The position numbers and the translations under genes were made by a program. From NCBI GenBank assembly GCA_964569815.1, contig CAZMUN010000003.1, forward strand, positions 1 to 56,198: a stretch of DNA of 56,198 bases, written 5' to 3'. The notes below the pieces were generated by a model that worked only from the letters and a program-made list of their open reading frames with translations, was not told where the DNA came from and ran no database searches. This DNA comes from an uncultured archaeon. Its GTDB lineage: Archaea; Iainarchaeota; Iainarchaeia; Iainarchaeales; GCA-2688035. Shown in pieces: positions 17,790-27,586 of the stretch (its first letter is position 1; every line of letters begins with the position of its first letter).

Positions 17790-20700
17790 ATGGAATCGCC
17801 TTTGATAGAGAAGGTCGTGGAAAAAATAAAATCAGGCTACTTTTTCCTAGAAGACCGCTACTACGCAGTTTTAGACAAAATAAACAAGCAGGTTCCAATC
17901 TACAAAGTTGTGGACCCCGTTGACAAGGTTGTTCCGTCTTTTTTGGTCCTGGCTGCAATAATCCTGCTTCTTGCACTATTTTTCGTTTTTATTGCCCAAG
18001 CCGCTGTTCCAATGTCTGCCACTTTAAGAGTTGTTGACAGCAAAGGCGAGTATGTTCCAGGCGTATCAATAGAGCTTTCATCAGAAAGCTTTGATTTTGA
18101 CAGCTTTGAAACAGACGAATTCGGCGAAACAATTGTAAGCCTGCCTAGCCCTAAAATAGATGCTGAAGGCACGTTTACCAAAGAAGGATACCTTGACCTC
18201 AAGAGAACGGTTACCTTAAAAGCCAACAAGTCATCTGAGGTAACGCTGCAGCTAAAGCCATCAGATATAGACCTGCAGCCCAAAGACCTCACCATACGCG
18301 TTTACGACAGCAGAACAAACCAGCCAATAACAAAAAAAGTTATTCTGACATTTGAGTGCAGCAGCGGCGCATTCCCACCGGAAAAACAGGAGGGCACAAC
18401 TGGCCAGTTTGAAGTTGTGAAGCCTGCAAACTGCTCTTCCCTTAGCGCGACAGCGGAAGCAGAAGGCTATGCGAAAAGAAGCAAAACCCTTTCATCTACG
18501 ATAAACACCCTTTACCTTTCCTCTGATTCGGCTCCAACTGAAACAACTGGCAGACTAAATGTTCTTGTAAAAGATTCAGGAAACAACCCCGAGCCAGATG
18601 CAACTGTGCGCGTGATAGACGAAACCACGGACTTGGAAACAGACAGCTCAAGCACCGGCGCCAGCGGAAACGCGCTTATATCAAGCCTTCAACCAGGGCT
18701 TTACACCGTTTCAGTGATAACGCCTGACGGCAGAACAGGCCGCGAAACAGGCATTTATGTGAGAGCAGGCCAAACAGAAACCGTTACCATAACGCTGATA
18801 AGCGCTGCCGATGCACTAAGCAAAAAAATATTTCTGGAAGTAAAGGAAGAAGGGCCTCTGGCTGTGATTTCTGAAGTGCAGGTTTTCATTTACGAAAACG
18901 GTGTGATGCTTGACAGCACTTCCTCTGACAGCTCTGGCATAATAAACAAGAGGATAGTTGAACCAGCTGATGGAGCCACTTACCTAGTGGTTTTGGCACA
19001 TCCTGAGTTCATAACAAAAATCGTTGACGACGTTCCATTAAAAGAGCTCTCAGATGACATCCCAATAGCCATTACCATGACCCGCGCCTCGATGGAGGAC
19101 CCGGCAACGAGCAGCGAAATACTCATAACAGTTGTAGATGAAGAAAGGCTGCCTGTTGAAGACGCCCTTGTAACAGTATATGACTCGGAATACCCTGAAA
19201 TTCCCCTCAAAACGCCTCCTGGCAGAACACTGGAAGACGGAACCTATCTTTTAACAAACCTTGCCCCCGACCGCGAGTATTTTGCAAAAGCAAAGGACCA
19301 GGACGGAACATCAGAAGGGCAGTCAGATACAGGCACGACAACAGCAGGCGAAACCCTAAACCTTGAAGTAATGGTAGTATTGGGACAGGGGGACATAGAA
19401 GTGCTTGTCTTTGACGCGGAAACCGAAAACAAGGCGCCAATACCAAATGCCGAAGTGGAGTTCATTGACGCATACGACTTTCCAACCGTTGTAGCAACCT
19501 GCACAACAGGTCCGGAAGGGTCATGCACTTCAGAGCCGATTCCTGCAGACAAATACGTTGTGGTAAAAGCAAAAGCAACAGGCTTTATGCCCGCTTACTC
19601 GGTTTCAAGGGTTGACATAATAAACCGCAACACGGCAGATGTTGAAATAGGCTTGGAGCACGAGTCAAGCATTCCGCCAGGCATAGGCAAAATGGATATA
19701 AGGTTCAGAAGCTTTTGCCAGGACAGGAAATGTGAAAATTCAGCAGACAAAATCGAATCAGACGAAGCAGGAACCTTAACCTATTATGCTAAATTCGAAC
19801 TCATCTTTGCAGAAGATGCATCATATGAAAACACGGTCCAGCACATAAGAGCAGGCCCTGATTCGGAAATAAGCCTGCCTGCGCCAACAGGCTACAAAAT
19901 CAAGCTAATGAACGCCCACGGCCCTCTCTTTACCTCTGCACCCTTATCAAGCTGCTGGAACAACGATCCAGTGGACCCTTTCACGGACCCGGAGGAATGC
20001 GCAACCCAGCTTGACGCAAAGCAGGTAAACATCTACTACCCTGACCTTGAAGGAAAGCAAATCATTCCAGTTGTAGTGGAATTCTCTGTTGAAGCAGGCT
20101 TGGAAGACGGTGAAGAGCTGGAAATGCACTACAAGGCAAAAACAAGCGTTTCGCAAGAAGACTTCTTCACAGAAAACAAGGTCAAATACTTTTTAATTGA
20201 CGAATTCCTTTGCGAGGGCCAAGACATTGCCTGGAGCTTTTCTTTGATAAACCCGGACGAAAGCGAAGCAGTGCTTGAAACAGGGGAAGATGCCGCCAAT
20301 GAATTGGAGGTGAACCAGGGCCACGCCCTTGCATTTGAACTCTACAACTGCAGCAACCAGGACTTTTCATCAGCTGCCTTAAAAGCAGAGGTCCCTGGAA
20401 CAGACCCTGAAGCCATTTCATTCACTGCAGCAGAGCCATACAGCAAGGGGCCAGTAAACGCTTCAGGAGAAGAAACCTTTTCATTTGCAGCAGACACAAT
20501 ACTGGCAGGCCAGCTCCCGTTTTACACAGTGGCCGAAGCCGACTTAACAAACATAGTTTTCAACTTTTCTGGTGCGGGCCGCGCCTCAACCAAAACAATT
20601 CCATTCAGCATAGAAAGCAACCTAAGGCTACGCGTGCCATTTGTTCCAAGCAAGCTTGCCCCCTACAGGCCGGAAAACCTTTGGGGCGAAGTGCAAGATG

Positions 20701-23700
20701 CTTCCCTGAGGACACCTATAGAAAACGCCCACGTCAAATTGGAAATAGACGGCCAGGACCCACGCGATTTCACAACAGGGGCAGACGGCCAGTTTTCGTT
20801 TGAAAGCATCACAGGCCTTGAAGGCCTAAGCGAAGTAACTCTTACGGTAAGAAAAGCAGGCTACAAGACCTTTGAAGAGACAATTCCGATTGGAACAGAT
20901 TCCGGTGCATTCAACCCGGATTTGGAATGCGTTGGCATAGAAAAAAACACGCAACAGGAGTTTTCACTGCACTTTGTAAGAAACAGTACAGTCCAGTCCC
21001 AAATTAAAGACACTTTTGAAGTAGTAAACGGCTGCGATTCCCCGGTCTTAATACGCATAAACTCCGAGCTCAAAACAGACAAGGCAAACGATTTCGCCTT
21101 GGACCCTGACGAAAAAGAAACAGTAACTGTTTATGCAGAAGCCTGGGAAAACCATCCTGACATGACAATAGGGGAATACGGCGTAATGGTGACAGCCAAG
21201 TACACTGCAGACCCTCCTGCAGCGCCATTCTTTGGGCCTCTGGCAACAGCCACGGTTTATGTAACAGACCCGACAAGCTGCTTCAGGCTAGCAGACCCTG
21301 CAAGCCCAGACAACCCTGATTTGATGAAATCAACCTTCAACATCGTTGAGGGGTCAGATGAAGGGCTGATAGTAAACGAATGCTTTGCCTACTTTGAAGA
21401 CCTGAAAATGCCCCGCCTTGACACAGTCCGCGGATATCTTGCAGTGGAAGACATATTCAAGCTAATATTCAACCCGCCGACCAAGCCAGCCGAAACCATC
21501 GGCAAGCAAAAGATTTTTGACCCAAGCAACCCAGGCTTTGGCGGCTCAGGAATGCTTTCATTCAATGCCATTGACAGCGGAGGCTATGTTTTCGTTGAAT
21601 GGGTTGACTTCCTTATGACAGACGGCGCCCACGATTCCGGCGCCAAACACAGGGTTTGGGCACAAACAAACAGGAGCGTTTGGTCAAATGTAACGTCACA
21701 GCTTCCATTCACAGACGCTCACCGCGGTCCAGCTGCGCCATCAAGCCTGCCTCATCCTGTAATAGACAACGAGGGCTGGGTTGACGTTGACACCTACTAC
21801 AAGTACACGCCAGGAGAGCACCCTTATTCTGATTTGCTTACAAACAACCCAATGTGGCAGGGCCAGCACAATGTATGCAACATAAACCTTACAGGCTTTG
21901 AACCAGGGCTCTCAGAATGCTCTGTGCCAAGCTACTTCCAGGGAAATCCAACCGTGCCATACAAAGTTGGTATGAATGCAAGCAAAATAAGGCTTGAGTC
22001 AAGCCAGCCTGCCACAACCAATGTTTCTGCCGCAAGATGGCAGTATATAAGTACCGATGCAGACCACGATGGCATAATAGACTTCACAATGCAGAACCGC
22101 GGCCTGATGGGCGAAACCTACGCGCTTATCGAAGTTGAGGACACCACCGATGTTCAATTTGTGGTTTCAGGCGAGGAACCCTCAAGCGGCATAACCGTCG
22201 CTTGGGCCTTGAGCAAAAGCTGTAACGTTAAGGGCGAAGGGACGGTAAGCCCTATGCCAGGCCCGCTTGTCGCAACACCGGGCCAGGTAATAGCAATGTC
22301 TGTTGATGAAGCCGTTGGCATTGGGTCGCCAGCAGGCGTATTTGATTCTTTGGAAGCAGTGCCTGTAAATGACTTGCTTCCCGAAAATCCAAAAAACATC
22401 TCTGAGGTTACCCTTGTTCTTAACGAAAACCAGGAGCAATTTAAAATAGAGGACCTTTCGCCAGATTCTACAGAAGAAATGGTTTTAATGGTCTACAGCG
22501 GCGGCGCCTGGGAAAGGGTAGGCCGCTTTGATGCTGAAAATACAGGTGCCAAAACCCTGCAATACACAGACATCCTTTCAGCAGAGCTCATCGCACTCGT
22601 AAACAGCACTAATGCCACCGATATGATGGTCGATGACATATTCATGAACTATTTTATAATAAACACTGAAGAAGCGCAGGTAGGTCAAGGCTCGCTTGCC
22701 ATACCCATAGGCGAAATTTCTGCAGAATCCGACATGCCTCCAGACAACACCGGCCTTGAATGCATTCCAGGCACTTCCCTTTACACTTTGTCCACCGACT
22801 CAACAGAAGCAGTGGTTTACTTCAGCGAAAGCAAGAGCCCGACACATTCAGACCCTTACGGCATTTCAGGAGAACAGCAAAGGATTGTCGCAGCAACCTC
22901 TTCACCTGAACAGGCAGGAAACACCCAAACAGAGCGCTTCCATGTAAGGGTTGTGGGGGAAGCGGCAACCCAGTGCATTTCAGAAAGCGGCATGGTTGGA
23001 AGCACGGGCATTGGCTCAAAGCCCCGCGTTCTCTTAGACTGGGACTGGGGTGCAATAACGACAGAAACCTGCAACGAAGCCAATGAAAGCTTTGTTTACT
23101 GTGACCCTGCGCAATTCACTGCCTCTTTAATAAAAAGGCTTGAAGAAATAAGAACGCTTGCAGCGGATGACATTACAGGCAACCTCATGGAAATCAGGCA
23201 AAAACAGCTCTTCAAAGCCTACCTTATAGAAGATGCTTACACCCCTGACTTCAGGAACGACTTTGTTGAGTTCTATGCAAACCAGTTCCTTGTGGATGAA
23301 ATGGCCAACGAAAAGCATCCTTGGGGCAACTACCTTTTAGACCAGGAAAAGCTTGTCTTAAACACCGAGGCAGCCCGCTCTGAGTCAGACCCGCAAGAGC
23401 CTGACATGGTTGGCGCAGGCCTGCATGAAATATACATAGACTTTGACTTTTCAGGCGACCAGTTTGACTTTTTCTACGTAGAGCCCCAGCCAGACGGCTC
23501 AAACCAAGTTGACTTGCTTGCAAACATCACCGTATACATCACCAAGTTTTCCGATCCAGTAATACAAAACCCATTTTACTACCTGCCCTTCAACGGCGAT
23601 GTAGGCAGGGAAGATGGCGTTCTCCAAAGGGAGGGCTATGGCCTTTCATTTGAAAACGATTCCCAGCCATTGATGGTTGTAGGCGACTTAGCCCAAGGGT

Positions 23701-24473
23701 ATACAACTGTTTCGCCAGAGGGAAGCACTGCAAGGAAAACAGTCCTTACTGAAAACATTTCCGACTTCCTTTTCACCAACCTAGAGGAAAAGGGAATGCT
23801 GTTAAAGGTCGAAAACAACCAGAACGAAATAAAGTTCTCGCCTTCGATTGCAACGCCTGTCTTGGCTGAAACCGTTTCCTCTGAAAACAAGGCAGAGGCA
23901 TTCTACAATTTAAGGGACGGCTCAACAGTTGTTTCAGGGCCTGGCACGCTTGCATCCTGGAGCGGTTCCGGCTCTTCAATGAGAATGGACGGCATCTGCA
24001 CCGACTTCCACGACAACAAGCTCAGGAAAAGCATTGCAGACATGCCTGGAAGCGGCTGTGCCTCAAGCGTTGAAGGCTCTTATGGCTTTTCATATGAGCC
24101 AGCACCAAACGACGAAAAGCTTTACCTTGAAACAGTGTTCTATACGCCGGCATCAAGCGCAGTTCACTTGCGAAAATCCTGTGAAAACGAAAGCAACTTT
24201 TATGCGCCTGACGTTGACGGCATACAAAAAACAACCCAGTTGAGCACGCCTATTTCATTAAGCCTTGAAAACTTTGAAACAAGGGTTGTTTCCTTGGATG
24301 ACCTTGTAAGGCTTGTTGGAGACAGCTATATCTGTGTTTCACAGTCCGAAGACAGCCAATACTTTACCTTCTGGTGGAACCCGCAAAGGGTTCAGGAAAA
24401 TCTTGGCCAGGTAAAAGCAGCAATTTCGAACTGGCCTGAACTCGACTGTTCGGGTGCGCTTTCAAGCGAATAG
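17790..24473 (+). CDS. Giant membrane-anchored surface protein 2 (2227 aa), a fused paralogue of the 9116 and 15315 gene products
   Basis: Uninterrupted 6.7-kb ORF. N-terminus MESPLIEKVVEKIKSGYFFLEDRYYAVLDKINKQVPIYKVVDPVDKVVPSF plus the TM helix LVLAAIILLLALFFVFIA. CarboxypepD_reg-like repeats (ATVRVIDETTDLETDSSSTGASGNALISSLQPGLYTVSVITPDGR). C-terminal module shared with the 787-aa protein. Confidence 0.85.
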   Translation: MESPLIEKVVEKIKSGYFFLEDRYYAVLDKINKQVPIYKVVDPVDKVVPSFLVLAAIILLLALFFVFIAQAAVPMSATLRVVDSKGEYVPGVSIELSSESFDFDSFETDEFGETIVSLPSPKIDAEGTFTKEGYLDLKRTVTLKANKSSEVTLQLKPSDIDLQPKDLTIRVYDSRTNQPITKKVILTFECSSGAFPPEKQEGTTGQFEVVKPANCSSLSATAEAEGYAKRSKTLSSTINTLYLSSDSAPTETTGRLNVLVKDSGNNPEPDATVRVIDETTDLETDSSSTGASGNALISSLQPGLYTVSVITPDGRTGRETGIYVRAGQTETVTITLISAADALSKKIFLEVKEEGPLAVISEVQVFIYENGVMLDSTSSDSSGIINKRIVEPADGATYLVVLAHPEFITKIVDDVPLKELSDDIPIAITMTRASMEDPATSSEILITVVDEERLPVEDALVTVYDSEYPEIPLKTPPGRTLEDGTYLLTNLAPDREYFAKAKDQDGTSEGQSDTGTTTAGETLNLEVMVVLGQGDIEVLVFDAETENKAPIPNAEVEFIDAYDFPTVVATCTTGPEGSCTSEPIPADKYVVVKAKATGFMPAYSVSRVDIINRNTADVEIGLEHESSIPPGIGKMDIRFRSFCQDRKCENSADKIESDEAGTLTYYAKFELIFAEDASYENTVQHIRAGPDSEISLPAPTGYKIKLMNAHGPLFTSAPLSSCWNNDPVDPFTDPEECATQLDAKQVNIYYPDLEGKQIIPVVVEFSVEAGLEDGEELEMHYKAKTSVSQEDFFTENKVKYFLIDEFLCEGQDIAWSFSLINPDESEAVLETGEDAANELEVNQGHALAFELYNCSNQDFSSAALKAEVPGTDPEAISFTAAEPYSKGPVNASGEETFSFAADTILAGQLPFYTVAEADLTNIVFNFSGAGRASTKTIPFSIESNLRLRVPFVPSKLAPYRPENLWGEVQDASLRTPIENAHVKLEIDGQDPRDFTTGADGQFSFESITGLEGLSEVTLTVRKAGYKTFEETIPIGTDSGAFNPDLECVGIEKNTQQEFSLHFVRNSTVQSQIKDTFEVVNGCDSPVLIRINSELKTDKANDFALDPDEKETVTVYAEAWENHPDMTIGEYGVMVTAKYTADPPAAPFFGPLATATVYVTDPTSCFRLADPASPDNPDLMKSTFNIVEGSDEGLIVNECFAYFEDLKMPRLDTVRGYLAVEDIFKLIFNPPTKPAETIGKQKIFDPSNPGFGGSGMLSFNAIDSGGYVFVEWVDFLMTDGAHDSGAKHRVWAQTNRSVWSNVTSQLPFTDAHRGPAAPSSLPHPVIDNEGWVDVDTYYKYTPGEHPYSDLLTNNPMWQGQHNVCNINLTGFEPGLSECSVPSYFQGNPTVPYKVGMNASKIRLESSQPATTNVSAARWQYISTDADHDGIIDFTMQNRGLMGETYALIEVEDTTDVQFVVSGEEPSSGITVAWALSKSCNVKGEGTVSPMPGPLVATPGQVIAMSVDEAVGIGSPAGVFDSLEAVPVNDLLPENPKNISEVTLVLNENQEQFKIEDLSPDSTEEMVLMVYSGGAWERVGRFDAENTGAKTLQYTDILSAELIALVNSTNATDMMVDDIFMNYFIINTEEAQVGQGSLAIPIGEISAESDMPPDNTGLECIPGTSLYTLSTDSTEAVVYFSESKSPTHSDPYGISGEQQRIVAATSSPEQAGNTQTERFHVRVVGEAATQCISESGMVGSTGIGSKPRVLLDWDWGAITTETCNEANESFVYCDPAQFTASLIKRLEEIRTLAADDITGNLMEIRQKQLFKAYLIEDAYTPDFRNDFVEFYANQFLVDEMANEKHPWGNYLLDQEKLVLNTEAARSESDPQEPDMVGAGLHEIYIDFDFSGDQFDFFYVEPQPDGSNQVDLLANITVYITKFSDPVIQNPFYYLPFNGDVGREDGVLQREGYGLSFENDSQPLMVVGDLAQGYTTVSPEGSTARKTVLTENISDFLFTNLEEKGMLLKVENNQNEIKFSPSIATPVLAETVSSENKAEAFYNLRDGSTVVSGPGTLASWSGSGSSMRMDGICTDFHDNKLRKSIADMPGSGCASSVEGSYGFSYEPAPNDEKLYLETVFYTPASSAVHLRKSCENESNFYAPDVDGIQKTTQLSTPISLSLENFETRVVSLDDLVRLVGDSYICVSQSEDSQYFTFWWNPQRVQENLGQVKAAISNWPELDCSGALSSE

Positions 24474-24496
24474 TTTCATTTAAGCAGAGGCTTTCC

Positions 24497-25549
24497 ATGT
24501 TTCCCTTTTTTTATCTAAACATTCTGGCAGTATGCCTTCTTGGATTTTTCACATCCTACACAGACCTCAAAAAAGGCATTATAAAAAACAAGGCCGTTTT
24601 TCCTGCAATCGCGTTTGCTTTTCTGCTCACTATCCTAAACGGCTTCAGCTTTTACGCCTTTCTATTAAACGGATTGCTTGCATTTGCTTTGGGTTTGGTT
24701 CTGTGGCTTGCTGGCCTTTGGAGTGCCGGAGACGCAAAGCTTTTCCTTGCCTTTGCCCTGCTTTTTCCCTTGAACATGAATCTTTCTTCCCTTTTTCCAT
24801 CTTTTGGAATATTCATTTATTCCTTTGTCCCAGCCTTTGCCCTGCTTTTAGTGCTTGTTCTCCTCAAAACAAGCTCGAAACAAAAGCTTGATGCCTTGAA
24901 AGAGGCCTTTAAGCCAGGCCTTGTGCTGTCAGTGGCAGTTTTTCTTTTCGCTTTCTACTGGATTCTGGAAAATATGCTGGTCTTTTTTGCAATTCAACTG
25001 GATTTTCTATCCCTTTCATTGCTTTTGTTCCTAATTGTGTCGTTTGTTGAATTCATTCTTCCCAAAAAGTCTGTTTACTTCTTTGCCCTAGTTTCAGCGG
25101 CCTTTGCCTTCATAGAATTTGAGGAAATCCTGACGCCTTTCTTCATTGGCTTTTTTCTCTCATTCCTGCTCATAGTTCTGGTCGTGCTTTTTTTTGTCCT
25201 AAGGCTTGGCTTTGCCTGCTTTGGAAAAGAAAAAAGGCTTTCAGATTTAAGGCCTGGAATGGTTTTGCTTGATTCCATTGTTTTCCGGGGAAAAAGGCTT
25301 GAAAAAAAAGAAGTTCTTCTTCCGTCCTTTGTAAACATTTTTTCGAAAATAAGGGAAAAAAAGGCAGTGGAAACAGGCCCAAAAGGCCTAAGCCAAAAAG
25401 ACATCTCTTTCCTAAAAAAACAGCAAAAGAAAGGCCTTCTTGCATTTGAAACAGTTTCAGTGCAGGAAACACTGCCCTTTGCCCCCATAATTTTTATTGG
25501 AACCCTTCTTTTACTTCTCTCCTACCTGCTTCCATTCTCTCTGTTTTAA
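24497..25549 (+). CDS. A24-family aspartyl peptidase (prepilin/preflagellin peptidase-like) with a C-terminal extension
   Basis: Polytopic membrane protein. First catalytic Asp lies in SYTDLKKGIIKN (D23, codon 24563-24565). Second lies in the GxGD-type motif WSAGDAKLF (D79, codon 24731-24733). An extra Lys-rich soluble segment and a terminal TM helix follow from about residue 240. GAGG lies 6 nt upstream of the ATG, and the gene starts 23 nt after the giant gene stop. Confidence 0.8.
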   Translation: MFPFFYLNILAVCLLGFFTSYTDLKKGIIKNKAVFPAIAFAFLLTILNGFSFYAFLLNGLLAFALGLVLWLAGLWSAGDAKLFLAFALLFPLNMNLSSLFPSFGIFIYSFVPAFALLLVLVLLKTSSKQKLDALKEAFKPGLVLSVAVFLFAFYWILENMLVFFAIQLDFLSLSLLLFLIVSFVEFILPKKSVYFFALVSAAFAFIEFEEILTPFFIGFFLSFLLIVLVVLFFVLRLGFACFGKEKRLSDLRPGMVLLDSIVFRGKRLEKKEVLLPSFVNIFSKIREKKAVETGPKGLSQKDISFLKKQQKKGLLAFETVSVQETLPFAPIIFIGTLLLLLSYLLPFSLF

Positions 25550-25583
25550 AAAATCTTCCCCCCTTGCTTTTTTTGAGCCTATC

Positions 25584-25907
25584 ATGGGAGAAAAAGACAA
25601 CTTTGAAACAGATGAAAAGCAAAGCCTTGTGCTTGTTTCAGTCAACCCCAAAATATTCTCCCTGCCAGTCATTTTTTCGGCAGCCTACTGGATGATGGAC
25701 AAGGCGTTTGTAGTAATAGACGGCAGCCCGGAAACACAAGTTGTGGTTTCATTAAGGCCGAGAAAAAACCAAAAGCTTGAAGAGCTTGCAAGGCTTTTCA
25801 ACGACGAACTCTTAAACTATGCTGTCAACGCAGAAGAAACCAAAAAAACGGAATCCCTGAGAAACGAGCTCATAAAACAGGCCTTTGCAGGCCACTCAGG
25901 CAAATGA
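25584..25907 (+). CDS. HxsD-like small protein (His-Xaa-Ser system accessory protein family)
   Basis: 107 aa from ATG 25584. Pattern VLVSVNPKIFSLPVIFSAAYWMMDKAFVVID ... LFNDELLNYAVNAEE resembles the HxsD family, whose model name I recall as chp_LLNDYxLRE. Located next to the radical SAM pair and the HxS-repeat peptide. Confidence 0.6.
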   Translation: MGEKDNFETDEKQSLVLVSVNPKIFSLPVIFSAAYWMMDKAFVVIDGSPETQVVVSLRPRKNQKLEELARLFNDELLNYAVNAEETKKTESLRNELIKQAFAGHSGK

Positions 25908-26164
25908 TTAAAATGAGGCAAATAACCCTTGACAAAAAGAAAAACACCGCATTCCTAGACCTCAACAGCTTTTTCTACCCCAGGCATCTTCTTCAGTTTG
26001 CCAAAGCCGAGTTTTCAAAAAACGCGCAAATATCCTTTTCACAGGAAAACGGCCGCACAAAAGTTGAAATCAAACCCAAAGGGAAAGCCAGCGCAGAGGA
26101 AACAGCACTGTACTTCTGCAACTATGCTCTGGGCTTGAAGCAGGAGTTTGGAGACCATGCCTGA
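25904..26164 (+). CDS. Second, shorter HxsD-like small protein (tandem paralogue)
   Basis: 86 aa, with an ATGA overlap on the upstream gene. Same layout as the previous protein (FLDLNSFFYPRHLLQFAKAEF ... VEIKPK ... ALYFCNYALGLKQE). Confidence 0.5.
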   Translation: MIKMRQITLDKKKNTAFLDLNSFFYPRHLLQFAKAEFSKNAQISFSQENGRTKVEIKPKGKASAEETALYFCNYALGLKQEFGDHA

Positions 26165-27551
26165 AACCAAAGCCAAACAAATGCCAAAATTCCAAAAAAA
26201 CAAGTTTTTTTTGCACAAGCTGGCAAACGGAAAAAATCTGCTTATAACAGAACTCGGCAGGTTCACAGCCCTGACAGGCCAGGAATTCCAGCAATTCCAA
26301 AAAGGAAGCCTTTCCAAAGAGCTGTTCAAAAAACTTGAGGAAAGCCACCTCATTGCAACAGAAAAGAACAAGCCAAAAATGGTTTCAGATTATAGGACAA
26401 GGTATGGCCATGCAGGGGAAGGAATTTCCCTTCATATAGTTAACCCGAGCATGAAATGCAACCAAAACTGCCTTTACTGCTATGCAAACGCACAACCTTT
26501 GGAAAGAAAAGGCTTTGACCTAGACCAAAAGACTGCAAAAAAAATAGTTGACTTCATATGGCAGACCCCCAGAAAAAACCTTGTAATAGAATTCCAGGGA
26601 GGCGAGCCCCTGGCAAACTTTCCTGCAATAGAATACATCGTAAACTATGCAAAAACAAAGAAGGGAAAAAAAGTGCACTGGCGCATTGTCTCCAATCTTT
26701 CCCTAATGGACGACACAATTGCATCCTTCTTCAAAAAAAACAAGGTCCTTGACATCTGCACCTCCCTAGACGGCCCAAAAAACGTCCATGACAAAAACCG
26801 GCTCCTAAAAGGGGGCAGTAGCTTTGACAAAACAGTTGAATGGATTAAAAGGCTAAAACAGGACCACGACTTTGAATACGTTGGAGCGCTTTGCACCGTA
26901 ACCAAACACAGCCTCCCCTATGCAAAAGAAATCGTTGACCAATACCTTGAATTGGGGCTGCCTGACATAACGCCTGTTCCACTGAGAAAAATAGGCCGTG
27001 CCGCCAAAAACTGGGAAAAAATCGGCTACCAAGGCCATGAATACCTTAGCTTTTGGAAACAAGCATTGGAATACTGCCTTCAAAAAACCAGGGAAGGCAA
27101 AAAAATAAGCGAGCAGTTTTCAGTCATGATGCTGGACAAAATGAACAAAGTGAGGCCAAGCTACCACACCTGCTTTTCAAAGCCATGTGGAGCAGCATTA
27201 ATGCAGTGCAGCTATCAGCCCAACGGCGACATATACACATGTGATGAAGCAAAAGCAGAGCCAATCTTCAAAATCGGGGACATTGAGCAGAGCTATGAAC
27301 AGGTGTTCACCTCGCCAGAAGCCCTGAACATGGTTTCCATTTCCTCCTCTTTGGGCTTTGCATGCAACGAATGCCCCTTCACAGGCTTTTGCAGGATATG
27401 CCCTGTAATGCTTTACTGCACTCAAGGAAACCTTGTTCCAAAGCTTTCATTTGATGAAGACTGTAAAACCAAAAAAGCCCAGTTTTCTTACCTGCTTGAA
27501 AAGCTTTTCGGGCCAGACAAAGACATTTTAAGGGAATGGCAAGGCAAATAA
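26157..27551 (+). CDS. Radical SAM / SPASM-domain peptide maturase, HxsB-like
   Basis: ATG 26157, with GGAG 10 nt upstream and an 8-nt overlap on the upstream gene. CNQNCLYC cluster, GGEPL, and a SPASM-like CSYQPNGDIYTC ... CNECPFTGFCRIC. An N-terminal extension of about 90 aa (FFLHKLANGKNLLITELGRFTALTGQEFQQF) is the kind of element seen in peptide-binding maturases. Confidence 0.8.
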   Translation: MPETKAKQMPKFQKNKFFLHKLANGKNLLITELGRFTALTGQEFQQFQKGSLSKELFKKLEESHLIATEKNKPKMVSDYRTRYGHAGEGISLHIVNPSMKCNQNCLYCYANAQPLERKGFDLDQKTAKKIVDFIWQTPRKNLVIEFQGGEPLANFPAIEYIVNYAKTKKGKKVHWRIVSNLSLMDDTIASFFKKNKVLDICTSLDGPKNVHDKNRLLKGGSSFDKTVEWIKRLKQDHDFEYVGALCTVTKHSLPYAKEIVDQYLELGLPDITPVPLRKIGRAAKNWEKIGYQGHEYLSFWKQALEYCLQKTREGKKISEQFSVMMLDKMNKVRPSYHTCFSKPCGAALMQCSYQPNGDIYTCDEAKAEPIFKIGDIEQSYEQVFTSPEALNMVSISSSLGFACNECPFTGFCRICPVMLYCTQGNLVPKLSFDEDCKTKKAQFSYLLEKLFGPDKDILREWQGK

Positions 27552-27586
27552 TTAAAAACAAGAAAAAGCTATTATATGCTGTTATT

